From Seison nebaliae (lineage: Eukaryota): a stretch of DNA of 41,708 nt. Of this stretch, positions 22,301-35,000 are shown in pieces. The stretch is from assembly GCA_023231475.1 (NCBI GenBank), contig JALJEE010000026.1, forward strand, positions 1 to 41,708. Reading direction: 5' to 3'. The translations under genes were made by a program, and so were the position numbers. A model generated the notes under the pieces. The model saw nothing but the letters and a program-made list of their open reading frames with translations, searched no databases and was not told the origin of the DNA. Every line of letters starts with the position of its first letter. Position 1 is the stretch's first letter.

Positions 22301-23576
22301 TCCATTTCTGAAAATTTTGAATTGATTTCTCTAAATGGAAAGTCAATTTATTATTCTCATCTTTATCGAATGCTTTCAATTGGATTAAGGGTGAAGCTGG
22401 TTGATTTTCATCGAAAGTCACTTTTTCGAAAGCATGCAAGAATTTTGGTGAATTATCATTAACATCCAATACTATGATATGGAGGACAGTCCAACTGATA
22501 TTCTCCTTCTCATTATTTACCGATTCGTTCAAATATCGAACAGAAAGTTTGAAATACATTTCCGAATACAATTCTCTATCCAGAAATCTTTGGAGAATTA
22601 AATTTAAATGATCTTTCTTCTCATCAATATCGAACAGATGTTGTAAATAGTTCTGTCGTTTTAACGGCATGTTCAAAATGTCGAAAAGAAATTTTTCAAT
22701 TTTCTCCCGATATCCAATTCCTCGAGCCTCCGCTATCATATCCAAATCAGTCAATGTGAAATTAGTAGACAACTGATATTCGATTTGGTTGTTTAACAAT
22801 TTTCGATTAAACAAATCGCTCGACGAAGCTAAGGGTAAATGGTGAACGATTGACGGAATTCTAGAATCAGGAATAGATTCTTTTAATTTAATATTTATCG
22901 GCTTTATATCTACCAATACCGGTTCTATGTCATTCGATGTTGGCCATCGTAATGCTTCGTCAAGCAAATCATCGATAACTAGATTGACATGAAGATATTC
23001 AATAATCGGTTCAATTCTCTCCATGTTGTTATTGTTCGTTCTCAGAAAGTATTTGTTAAATGATAAATTGTGTTTTTCTTTATTCTTCAACATTATCATA
23101 ATTTTGAGAGATATTTGACATTCAGATTGGCATGAACAATATCTTTTCTTGCAAAAATATTCTCGATCAATTTGAGGAATGATTTCATTCTTTTTCGTCC
23201 GTTTCACTGGTGACAAATGTGCTTTCTGCTTTAGTTGGAGATTTTGTTCCGTTGTCAAATGTAAATTAAAATATTTATTGAAATCATTATCCAATACTTT
23301 CGATGGCAACATCTTGGCACTAATAATTTCTGTTGATGATTCATCTAATTTCAATTCTTTAAAAATTTCTTTTGAGTTCCATTCGGTAATCGTCAGAAGA
23401 TTTGGTGGTTCAACACTAATCATTGATGAACATCGATAACATGTGTATCGATGTCTCTCAATTGAATACGTTTCCGTTACATGACGTACTAATATGCCGT
23501 GAATTGGAAAAATGCACATAAGCTTTATCAGGAGACAAAGTAGAGAGTGTTGGAAAATTTTCATTTTTTTTACCAT
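19374..23576 (-). CDS. Protocadherin-like cadherin, 1400 aa, single coding exon
   Basis: Signal peptide; EC1 IDREYFC..C..C; cadherin Ca-binding motifs LDRE, VLDVNDNSPKF, AFDKDE, LDFE, INDIDDNLP, IIDRNDHGP, CHDND; TM MTLGLAVAVGFILFLLAIAFIMA (~20551-20618); cytoplasmic SSDEGCYGSSE; C-terminus RASFV. Confidence 0.88.
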   Translation of the reverse strand: MVKKMKIFQHSLLCLLIKLMCIFPIHGILVRHVTETYSIERHRYTCYRCSSMISVEPPNLLTITEWNSKEIFKELKLDESSTEIISAKMLPSKVLDNDFNKYFNLHLTTEQNLQLKQKAHLSPVKRTKKNEIIPQIDREYFCKKRYCSCQSECQISLKIMIMLKNKEKHNLSFNKYFLRTNNNNMERIEPIIEYLHVNLVIDDLLDEALRWPTSNDIEPVLVDIKPINIKLKESIPDSRIPSIVHHLPLASSSDLFNRKLLNNQIEYQLSTNFTLTDLDMIAEARGIGYREKIEKFLFDILNMPLKRQNYLQHLFDIDEKKDHLNLILQRFLDRELYSEMYFKLSVRYLNESVNNEKENISWTVLHIIVLDVNDNSPKFLHAFEKVTFDENQPASPLIQLKAFDKDENNKLTFHLEKSIQNFQKWIKRTRFIHSRSLSSDYRQSSSSRRLNKYQESIKLVTNSLIKLPKQWMEFERNGRNIINLEEIDTIFANILQLNIKYFEKHFMIEDDEIILKQELDFEQLYHILRTDLEHLERFIIRNQDIDLTKLFFGNIEQQSIHFYFLIYVDDGSDLIKSTNNNNRYELFEIVINDIDDNLPELIHTINGIGDMEIVKNEKKFQSNWLNDICSNAMKISNLHMKIKEDLFLETILIYVMIEDNDISLKYNDYSVKLFVENKTLEHSLVLLDFSENEQKKKKFLIQQSQRFYGLFAKHLSFDAESLTSNLLNLAIKLHSLNSMSCIGISIEIIDRNDHGPECVTEGNDGYFMKMRDVPIISIHTNKNIEYQRDISKKFRCHDNDSTAENNKIIFNLVDTQAIIHDESFKYNQNILSYSNDDRQYHLKMKDDKYLDLSVETTNTKSEEQFQVFYLSFYITSFVVHSLEDALLNKYGEWKALILMIDSNEEKFNILSDRIEQKYNYNEMKRLRNLDTFGEKINNKKFNFTSNGFKSLYSDEVIDYTYDKLMRRTTQNHLTTSSSLKNSWKYKMTLGLAVAVGFILFLLAIAFIMATRKSNMIDKKRKRLFKQQQFRQKHVQMYLKDKNKDADKNDGNGMKMKEESFENPSPTIFNVLPKYSTEFAMKQFNPNEINLSRPLSHLEMERKKIEEIHRTIEGNESESTSSSQLPMNHSDQYNYYESNSNNNNNNNRQYDYSTQHRNKEEVLMIDVKEKDQSIRKTVRFNPSSPNMQLTRMHETQKWLQTNSSSSDEGCYGSSELSAVTQQQLKLHNNQIKRQSYDTVSDSITAEKEIIVPQRNNYDSSWSDSRNGKKCLMKNENENNHKIDYQLHKAQPVQLRWTKSLKEGEENHEEINNYGICRSKTLTQYSETNSSTSSNLSASNILTTGIVNASFRNFERLYHKTDSINNLINNEIADDSPNSLIVNADNNCLELTPKLLPRASFV

Positions 23577-26500
23577 AAAAATCGAATATAAATGATTGAA
23601 ATTAACAATGGCAATGAATTTTCGTGAATTTATATAGAAATAACAGCAGATGCACTTATGTAAAGTTCATTGATTATTTTTCTAAAAACTGATAAATCTG
23701 AAATTTGATTAAAAGAATGTCAAAAAAATATCAGGGAGATGATGCAGAGCAAAAAATGGAGAAAATCGCTTGATATGAATTGTAAAAAAGATGGAGATGA
23801 TTGATGATTATTAGGAGAAGAAACTGAATGTCATTCAGAAGTAAGAGAAATGACGAACGATGTTATGGAAGAAAGTAATAACAAAAATTTAACAAACGAT
23901 GAAATTGATTTTTCGAGATGAGGAAGAAGAAGAAGAAGAAAATGCGATGAACTATTCTTCAGGTGATTATGCATTGATGAATGGAGCATATGACAAAGAA
24001 CGAGGTGGAAGAAGTAGAGGAAGAAGTGAAACAAATATGACGACAATAATTATCCGATAACTTTCGAAAATTAAGAAGATTCCTTCACGCAAACCAAACA
24101 TTCTTTCACTTCTTCTCATAAGGGGGAAAGTATTCGATAATTAAATGAGCGAGTTGTTTATCTTCCCGACAACACAAGTTCATTTATTCTATTAATTGAA
24201 GCAGAAATTTTGTTTAAATTTATTATTTTCTTTTGACTATAGTCTGACGGAAAATTTTTGCTAGAATTGATTAAATTAATTTGTTGTAAGAACATGTCTA
24301 ATTTGATCTATTTCTACACGATGAAAATAATTCGAGGGATAAAGACAATTATCTTATCGATGTAATGAAGCAGAATGACCTTTATATTGATAAAACCACC
24401 GTCAATATGTCACTGTTTCTGAGATACGTAATTTCTAATTCTGTGTTATCTGTCATTTGAAGAATCTTCTCATTCTCTCATTCAAAATGAAACAATTGAG
24501 TTGTAATTTGAATAAAATGAATATGATAAATTTTTACCAACCTATTTTTTGAAAAAAAAATTATTTGCTAGGAAATTTATGCGAATGGAAGAATGTCGGA
24601 CGAACGATACTTTCGATTCTTCCTGAAAATGTTGTGGAAATTAAGTTCAGGAACTAATCACATATTTACCAAAATTTAAATGGCGTTTATACATCCTGTA
24701 ACACTTCAATAACTATAAAAGGTATCACATACCTAAAGGCAATTAAGGTAGGAGAAAAAAAACAACATAATGTGTCTCTATCTTTTTTACTAATCGTTTC
24801 AGGTGTGAGATAGTGAAAGAATAGACATCCACAATGAAATTATTGATTATGTATGATCAATCATGGAATTCCGAGTTCCGCCATATAATTACCCATCGGG
24901 AGGATGAAGCAAAATGAGTTTTTGATCTTAACTAATAATCATTAATTCTTCATTTATCTATTTATACGCCAAATGACATTTTAACGGTAGTGCATCATTT
25001 GATTCAGTTCACAAACGACTTCCCATCTATTGTCTATACTTATATGAGAATGTATCCCGTAGTGATCGTTGGTGAATACGGAATGGCAGTTTGGAAGTCA
25101 TTGTTTGTGTAAAGAACTAATTGACGCCATGCCATCATTGGTAAATTGAATGGCCATCGGCTATTCGACTAAATAAAGAAAATTTGGTCAAATTTCGCTA
25201 CAGCAAAATAAATGGAAAGGTGAATAAACGAGTGAGAAATTGGAAAATTATTCCAACTAAACAAAACTTTATAGTAAGTGAAGTTCTATTTTAGGAAAAT
25301 AATTCACTTTTGAATTAAAAATGTTTTCACGAATAGTTGAGGCTGAGCAACTTCCTTCCTTTCTTTCACCAACTTGATAATGGATTTATTCATATCACTT
25401 TTACCTTTCTCTTGTTTGAACTTATGAAGAAGTTTCCCATGAAACATTTTTCTCACTTAAATCAGTTCAGAGGGAAAAAGTTGAAGAAGAAGGGCACACT
25501 CCTTCAATCCAACAATTTCTTCCAAACAATTTCCTCTCACAATTATCCAAATAAATAAATAAATGGAATGAATGAACAATAAATAAATGATAATTATTTC
25601 ACATTGTTCGTCGAATAAGTACATGAAATCATTCATATAATTATCCGGGAAAAGAAAATTTTGAACATTATCCTCATTGATCCGAACATCTTGTTATTTC
25701 TACTTTAAGAGCACTTGAGCAGAAAGTGAACATTTCTTTCAGAATGCGATACTTGATGTGATTTGTGCGAGAATCTTCTCGAGGCTTTGAAAGAATTTCA
25801 TAAATAGACGATAAGTATTCTCCTTAAAGAATCTGACAAATATCTTCCTACTTCACTCGATTTCATATTATTCTTCATCTTTCTCAGCTATCTACTCAAT
25901 GACTTCTTATCAATTATAAACTGTCTTCCACGTTATGATGATTACGAAGTTCACTAAAAAAAGTTAGTTGTTGATGATAAATGATCATTCGCATGTCGAG
26001 ATGATAACGAAGAAATATTTTCTTAATATGTTTATTATTGTTGGAAAGGAGTGTTTGAGACTACATTGGCAAAATTAACCATCAATCGGATATTCTGATA
26101 CTCCAATTGTTCATTTAGTGAGTCGTTTCTCTTGGAGATCGTCTCCTCTTTCCTCGTTTATGAATTGGAGATGAATGTTATTCTTCTTATTCATCTTCAA
26201 TTCTCAATTAAGGAAGATAACTAAAAGATAATTGAAAAAATCGTCGAACTATTCTATTTTTTGCTTAACTATTCATATTGTAATAATTATGTTGAAAATG
26301 GTGGTTAAATGAATGATGAATCACCTTGTGATAGTTTCAATTTATTGAAACTTTTTCTTTTCTCCTTCTTCATGTTCGTCACGCTGGGACGAGTTTAATC
26401 GTCGAATTCAATGAGGACTACTATTTGGGCAGAAAAACAAACAAAAAATTGAGCGAAAATTAATTGAAATATTCTCCTTTTTTATGCGATAAAGATAATG

Positions 26501-29021
26501 GAAACGGGATCATGGTCTTCATGAATGGCTATATCGATATATTCGTATCATGTAGCAAGTTTGAACTGATCTCATCGAATTCATCCATTTACTAAACTCA
26601 TTCAGATTAACTATTAGCCTAACTAATGGTTAACTAACAACTATTTGAAGAGAATGAATAAGTCTAATGACACATGAAGTGAAAGTTTAATGATCAGTAT
26701 TTCATTTCCATTGCATTTGTTAAAAAATTGGAAGAACCGTAATAATTCTAAATAAAAGATTATCTTGCCTATATTCGTTACTCCACCTTATTATTCCGCA
26801 CGACTGTTTACTTCCATAATTGTTTTTCTTCTTTATCATATGAATTAAATGAGTGAGATATATTGGTTGAATGGATGAATTAGTTGAAGTGCAATCAAAT
26901 CGCACAGTTAGCTAGCACACATACTAGTTATTACCTTCTTTACTAAAAAAAAAGTGGAATGAAATGCTTCCACTGAGGTTAGGCCATCATTGAATGAATG
27001 ATGAGGAATCGTTGATATATTTGAATAGTCATTAATCACAATAAATATTTCATCTTCTGTCGAATGATAAACTAACGACGATCAATTTACAAATAAACCA
27101 TCCAGTTTAATTACTTTTACCACTTATATTTCGCCATCCAGACTCATTTCTGTTTGGTCTATTGGTCTATGTCCAAATTGGTACTGTTTATATACACAAC
27201 CACATTAGACACTTTTTGAAACAATTGAAATTCCTTTTAAATACATTATCACATTTATAGTTAAAAAGAGACTTCTCATCATTCTTGATTAAAACCTAAG
27301 AGAGATATAAATGGAAAAATTTGTAAAGATACAGATGTTTCAAATCAATATCATATAAACATTGTGAGATTGAATGTTTGACAGAATGCAGAGAATATCG
27401 AAGAAAGAAAACTAGAAATATTTGATTAATATCAAGAAGAAGCAGGGCAACTGTCTTATCGCGCTACCGAATCAAAACACATTTCATTTCAATTAATTTC
27501 GATGGCAACAATTGATGAAAAGTAGAAAGATTGCCGAACGACGAAAAGCTTTCTCGAGATGAGTGTTAAAGATAAGTCTTCATTGTCCGCACTACAAATA
27601 ATATGGAGAAATATAATTTTCAAGTCTAGGTCGGGCTTCATGAATTTCATTTCGTTATACCGCCACTCATCAGACACTATAACTGCCACGATTTATGGGC
27701 TTCCTTCAGTAAACCGTTGTCGACAACTGTTCCCACAAATCGTTCTCACTCAATATTCGTAGAGTACACTAGACGACTACTGCGTAAACTATGTCTTCTT
27801 TGACTTTCCCTTCAACTGTAAATAAAGAAAATAATCGAATACTATGTTTATCGATTGGTTTGATTCCTTTCCTATAATAAAAAGAAACCGGAAGAGAATA
27901 TGACGAATAATTATGCTAAAATTGAATGAATGTCGAAAAATTACAAAGAATACGTAATATGTGGTTGGTCGGAATGGTGAAGACGAACGACTGATTGTTC
28001 GAATGACGATAGACTTGAATGTCGATGTACATAAACGAATTAGTTTATTCTAATAAAAAGCAAGAAGGAAGATGGAACATGGTTAAATAATTTGAAATTT
28101 CTCAACTAAACACTTAAAGTGAACGCGTAAATTTTTTACTTAAATTATGGCATTCCATTGCATTAGAAAGTTCTGTGACATTTATGGGATCAACATTCAT
28201 CAAAAAACATCTATCATTTTTTATAATTAAATATAATTTGGATGTACGAAACTCTTTAACTTTCTCATTCGACCAGTGTCCATTCGGTTCAAATGAAACT
28301 GTTGTAATATAATGTTAATCTTCTAATATCTTTTAGATCATGGCGTTTCCGTAAGTAGAATGAAGAAGAGCAAAAACACCATCCTCAGGATATAGCATTT
28401 TAATCTGTTTTTATTAAGACCACATGATTCGGTGTTTTCAATTAGGTTGAACCTTAAGAAATTCAGTTGGGATGAAGACATTTCATATTCCAATTATCGA
28501 AATATCAACATCGCTTCTGTTGAAAGATCAACCTGACAGTTAGATAGTGGATGGGATTCATCACATTTATAATTGACATTCACTTTCTTCGTCTCTTTTT
28601 AGATTAATAGTACGATATGGCTACGAACCACAACTTACTAGAGAAGAAGTGGAAAAGAAAAGTAAATTATAAGAATGAAACTTCAATTCATCCGATCTTC
28701 TTATCCATTGTGGATGAGACGTGAACGGAAAAGTTCCATGATGTGAAATTAGTCAGTTCTATTTCGTTAAATCGCACCTAGGAAAACAATGTTTGCGATG
28801 CAAAGTTGATTAGTTTGTTTAGAATCACTAATTGATGGGAACTTAATCAAATGTAGATGGTGTAACTGCTAACAAACATCACTTACTAGTTGGTTAGCTC
28901 TTAAAACTTTCAATTTCTTTGGGGAAATAATCGATACGTCTGAAAATGGCGAAAAAACAATAAATAGTTTTTTGAAAAAAATAATTCGATTTAGTTCTCA
29001 GAATGAAATTGATGTGATTTG

Positions 29022-29052
<31 letters not shown>
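29022..29052. repeat. (TTA)n microsatellite
   Basis: About 10 tandem TTA units. Similar short tracts near 30195-30235 and 33294-33314. Confidence 0.9.
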
Positions 29053-29053
<1 letters not shown>

Positions 29054-32000
29054 TAAATTTTCTTCTTTCCGATATTCTTTACATTTACCATTTCGTGACT
29101 ACATTAAGCTATGGTGGGTGGTGTAATGGTGATGGTGGTGTTCGGTGGGATGCCAAAGTGAAAGATGTTTTGAAATAAATCAGAATATCCGACGTACTTC
29201 AAATAGATGATAGTTGATATCCCAAAAAAAAAACCATTTTACAATATCTACTATCGATCAATAAACATTAATGTTACAACGACGAAGAAGGAAAACAACA
29301 TTAACTATCTCCCATATAAATCACATCAACCGATTAAATGGTAATGGAAATAACATAAAAGTAACCATAAAAATAAAAGTATTTCCCTTCAGTTATTTTA
29401 TTATAACGACAGCCGTTTTCATCAATGTTCATTCGCCATTTCTTCATTTTACTAGTAGCATTAAAAATACAATAAAATTTACTTGTAATAATAAAGTTAT
29501 TGTTCATTTTATCAAAGTGATTCGTTCAATAATTACACAATTGAACGACAGAACATTTATTTTTTTTCTTACTTCTTGTTTTACTTCACAAAACTTCCAT
29601 CGTCTCGACATAAGAAGAATAAACGAAAATACGAAGAAAAAATTACTAAAATCATTTTGGATGAGTTGATAATATTTAAACTGATGTGAACATTTTCTAT
29701 GCATAAAAATTGCAACTTCCGGTAAGTAAAAAATTTGCAAGTTCTCTAATTATAGTAATCTATATTCAACAACACTTGTAATTTCGCTTCCGAAACAGAA
29801 GAAACGTATGGAAAATCGAAAGAGATGTAACATGGAAATTAGGAAGAAGATGACTTCCAATAATATTTCACGAATTGCATACTCGATGAATAGAATAAAA
29901 AGAAGGAATTGATGGGAAAGACACGACTCGGAAATATTTTCAAAGAGCACCTTTTCAAATATTACGATTGACGACGAACAGATAAAGGATCAGCAGAATA
30001 TATCGGATGTTTGTTTAATGTCTATTGCACGTGATAATTAAATTTCAACATTCTTCTACGCTTAACGATGTACCAGATGGAAACCACAATGTTTCATATT
30101 CACTACTCGTGAAATGGTTTGTCATTAATGTTTAACTCATTAAAGGATGATGAATGATGGGAATCACCATTAAAACTAAACAGAAGCGATTCCATTATTA
30201 TTATTAATAATTAATTATAATTATTATTAATATTATGTTCGTATTATAATTCTTTTATTATTATACATTTGAACTTTCTGCAAAAAACATTCTGATTGTG
30301 AATGACAACTGAGAAAAGTGACTATCTGACAACCCTCAACAGGAAAAGGCGAAAAGCTTATTGAGAACGACGTCAGTTGAAAAGAAGAAACATTTATATT
30401 CTCAAAATGAATATTCACCGAACACAAACTTAGTGAAGATGCAATAAATGATGTCAATCGATAAAAACCATCGATGTATTAAACAGGTCAACTGAAATCA
30501 CCAAACGACTTTAATATTAAAAGTTATTGAGATGAATAAGTAATTGTCATTTACAAATGACGATTTGAATGAAATGACGAACATGAACATAATAGAATAA
30601 AGATAAAATGATATCATTCATTAGAGAATGAAAGAACGAAAGAAAATTAGACCTCTTAAAATAAGACACCAACTGCATAAGATTGATATAGTCGAATGGA
30701 GATTCATATACTCATTTCTTTCATTTACCCACAAATATAGAGGACTTACATAACATTTACCGTCGAATGGATGGTCTGTCTGTCGGTCTTCATATTGAAT
30801 AATATCTCATATTATATCATATATTTTTTTCGTTTTCTTCTGAATTTAATGGTGCGCAAATAACTTTTAACATTCAGATATAATATTGCATGTTCACTGT
30901 CGTATTCTCTCAGTCTAACCAATCTAACCAGCGACCCATCCATTTATCAATATCGATCCATAGAGATCGATTTTAATTATTCAACTTCATTCTTTTCTTG
31001 TCGACATGACTGAATGAATATATTCAACTAGATAAATTATATATCATTATGTATTGCTACATAAAAGTAATTTGATGAGTAATTGACTAGTGGTAGATGT
31101 GATGGTGGTAGTGATGGTAATAGACGACGTATCAATTAGATGAATAAATTCGAATAACAAAACACAATTCTTGGAAGAGGTTCATATTAAATGAATCGTT
31201 AGTTCTTCTTCTTGTGTGTTATACTACTAGTTTTCTTCCATTCAAGAAGTCCATATAATTTAAAGTATACATCTGTAAGATATATCGTAAATTCATAAAT
31301 TAATAAATAAAAGAACGATATTTATTTTGATGAATGAAGACACATTTGTAATTAATTATTCATAAGTTATGTCCACTTTATTAACAACAACAATTAGAAT
31401 ATCGACATTATCAATTCATTCTTCCACCAATTCCAGATATTTATACTTTTTCAAGAAAAATTCATTTCAATAAATTTCCCAACTTATCAAAAATTCATAT
31501 TATTCCCGTTGTAAAGTAAATAAACATCTACATGGATGAATGAATTGATCAGAGTAAAAGATCGGTTATTCTAAGTCTAATCGATACAATCACTGGTATA
31601 TGAACATATAAACATTTAAGGGAACATTCAGTTCCTATCACAGACCTGATCCTATCATTTCTTAAACATATTCGATTTCTCTTAAAAAAAATTCAATTGT
31701 ATTCGTTTAGTTCGACCGTGATGTTGAACGATTATTTCCAATTAAACGTCCATGCAAAAAACAATAGAAATCTTTTTCTTTTCGTCAAAGGAAAAATTAA
31801 GAAGGAGAATCCAATGAAATATCGGATAATCAATTTAATCGGTTATCTTCTTATTTTACAGATAATTCATTGTCTCCTGTCCAATGATCGCGTAATCGAA
31901 TACGATACTTGTCTCGTAATTCCTTTTTATCTTTTCTCCACAATTACCATATCTTGAGAAAGATAATTGAAGATGAAGAGAACCGAATCTACTCTTCCAC

Positions 32001-35000
32001 CACACGAAATGGAAAACTATCAGCTTTGATGACGATTATAAAATGAAGACGTGAATTCACCGCGGTGTCGGATCTCCGGAATCATTTATCTACATTTAGC
32101 TACTGCCATATCTTCAAGAAGTACGTGACACTAAACTTAAAATACTCGTACAAAATTATGATCTTTGCATGACAAACTTACCTTGTTTTATATTAGGAAA
32201 CCTTTCGTCGCTGTACTCGGAAAGTTGGATCAAGAAACTATAGAACTATCGTTAAGAGATTATCGATTATCTTACGGAATATATGATTTATTCATTAGCA
32301 ACTTTTTCATATTTCCCTCTAGAGAAATGATACAATGAAAATTTTTTGTTCTTCATCCAAAGGAATTCCTAATTTCATTAGTAAATTTTCATAATAATTA
32401 AGAATATTAAAAGACAATTACTATAATTATCAACATTAATTTTTGTGATAGGAAATGGTACCATCATTGTACAATTCATCTTAAATGAATTAAAGAAAGC
32501 GACGTAATTTCATGATCTTGAACGAAAAGAAATATTCCTATGAAATTATCCATGATTATCGGAAATGTGCTAATTCTTCCTATCAGATACAATGAATACG
32601 AAAAATAGTCCATTAACCGGAAATTCAAAGATTAATTTTCCATGTTAATCTACTAAGTTTTTTTCGAGGAACACTACTTATTCTAACGACGTCGCTAAAC
32701 AACAATTGTTTTGTTCTTGTCTAAAGTTGTTAGAATATCTAAATAAAAGAAATCATGTCAAACGTGAAAAGAAACTAGAAGAAGAATCTGGAATGACCGT
32801 TCGAAACGAATAAAACTTTTTGACACTTCAGAGGTTTTTATCTGATAGGTTCTGTTGACTAATCGAATGGAATTGTGAGAAGTGGAAGTTTGTAAAATGA
32901 ATAAATAAAAATCAATCGTACTTCAAACTCAATAAGTGAGAAGGCTAAAATAGAAGTGAAGTACTTTGTAAGGTATGTTCTCCGGTAAGAAATGTTACGA
33001 ATGTTATTGTTATTCGACCGTTCGATTTGTTGAAGATTTGTAGGGAAATGTGAAAAATATTGAAGTATTAATAGGAATCATGAAAAGTGATTTTAAGGGG
33101 GAAGAAGATGAGTAAACAAATAAAAGAAGAAAACAGCAATCATTTAATGTACGAGAATTGTTTGAAGAAATCTCAGAATATGAAAAGGAATTATTCAAAT
33201 ATAACGTGGATGACAGAAATATACGTCACGAAAGAATTTCTGTCAGTTAATTGTCTCATTCCTTAAAAGTAGTAATTTACTGCAGATGATTATATAATAA
33301 TAATAATAATAATAAACGATGGATGTTCATCTATTCTATTGATAGTTGGACGATAAATTCACATTAGAATATCTCTACAGATTATACTATTAGATATTTG
33401 AGAAATATAATTCTTCCTTTAAATTACTCAATTGTTTTCTATAAAGGCAATTAATAGATTTAAGAACCTCAATTTTTGAGATTCATCCATGTTCCTCTTG
33501 TCGCTTTTGGACGATATTAAGAAATTGAATATTCTCATCGAAAACAAGAAGAAGAAGAATAAAGGAAGAAGGAAGGCAAATCGAACCTGTATTTATTTTC
33601 GTTTTGCTGAAATTGCCGAATTAACAACTATATTAGAAAAGCGTTCATTATCTTCGCCTATCCCTCATTTCACAATAGAATGAAAATGAAATAGAAAAAT
33701 AAAGAAGATTCTCTTTTCATTATTAAGTTTTATACTTTTTTTTCCTTTCTTCATTTTGATCCGTTCACATTCGTCTTTTTTAATGCAGATGCTGCGTGAC
33801 ATTATCATATTTCCGTCAGAGTCTCCCTATTTTTTCATGTTTTCTATCACACATCACTACTAGTATTCCATCTCCATTCTTATTCTTATTATTTTTATCA
33901 CTTGGAAAGACTTCTTCTTCATATGAAGCGAAAACCGGACATTGGAGACATCCCAGGTATTGTCAACCGCTATACCTATTCAGATGATACATATCCTCAT
34001 ATCTTGAAATGTAGAGTAAGACTACTTGAAATCAAAATTTAATACTAATTGAGATTCTCTTCTCCCATCATTCTCGTATAAATGTCTCAGGTTATTCCAT
34101 TAGAAAACCGTACGACATTCTCCAATCGCCAACGGTCACTTACTTTTCTCTTATAAGAGATTTAACTTAACTTAAAAGGTCATTAGGAGACATTTCGTAT
34201 CCAGCTTTTCTATCGAAAACGTCTTCACTTACTACTCATGTTAAATGAGGCTTAAGTTGGGTGGGAGAAATATGACGGGAGAAGTTTCATAGGACGAATC
34301 TAACCGAGAAATTTTGTTCCTTTGTACATTTTCGGAAGTTCGAGATTGTTTAAAATAAAACTCAATTATTATCAAACACAATAATTTTTATGGGGTGATT
34401 CCAAGAATGTGTATCCTTGATCTATTTTGTGTTGGAAGCGTGATAAAGTAGCGGAGAAGACGAATGAAAAGGAAAAGCAACTTTACACTTAATCCATAAA
34501 ATTTAGAGAAATTATGATATATTCATCCGAAGAAAATTATTCTTTCATCTAAAGAATGAACTTCCCAAAAGAATATTCCCTTTTTATCAAATCCCATTCC
34601 TCTAACCGGACACACTTAACATAGATGTTTGAAAACATAAATGTGAATCTTGTAGAACTTCATGAGATTTGCAGTATCCTTCGCCTGAACGAATAGAAAA
34701 GATTCTCCGAATGTGCGAGATCATATGACAATCATTAGAATAATTGGGTGAAATGTGCACGAAACGAATAGGGAGTGAATGCTTAAGGCATTCGGTTTCA
34801 AGTTCGAACTTCAATTATGACATAACATTGCTCCAATAAATATGTCTATAGAACATAGGAAATGTACAACTAATATTGGAAGAATAATGTAATGGAACGA
34901 TTTCATTTTTCTTAAAATTCAACCTTATTCTTCAAGTAATAGAATAGGCAGAGAATAATGAAAATTATATCGATTTCCTATGATTTGTTTTGAAGGCCAA

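Noticed and set aside
24797..24807. GTTTCAGGTGT resembling the miR-87 3' half (also miR-2-like TATCACAG near 31635 and a miR-124-like word near 32056)
   Set aside because: Seed or hairpin partner is absent in each case.
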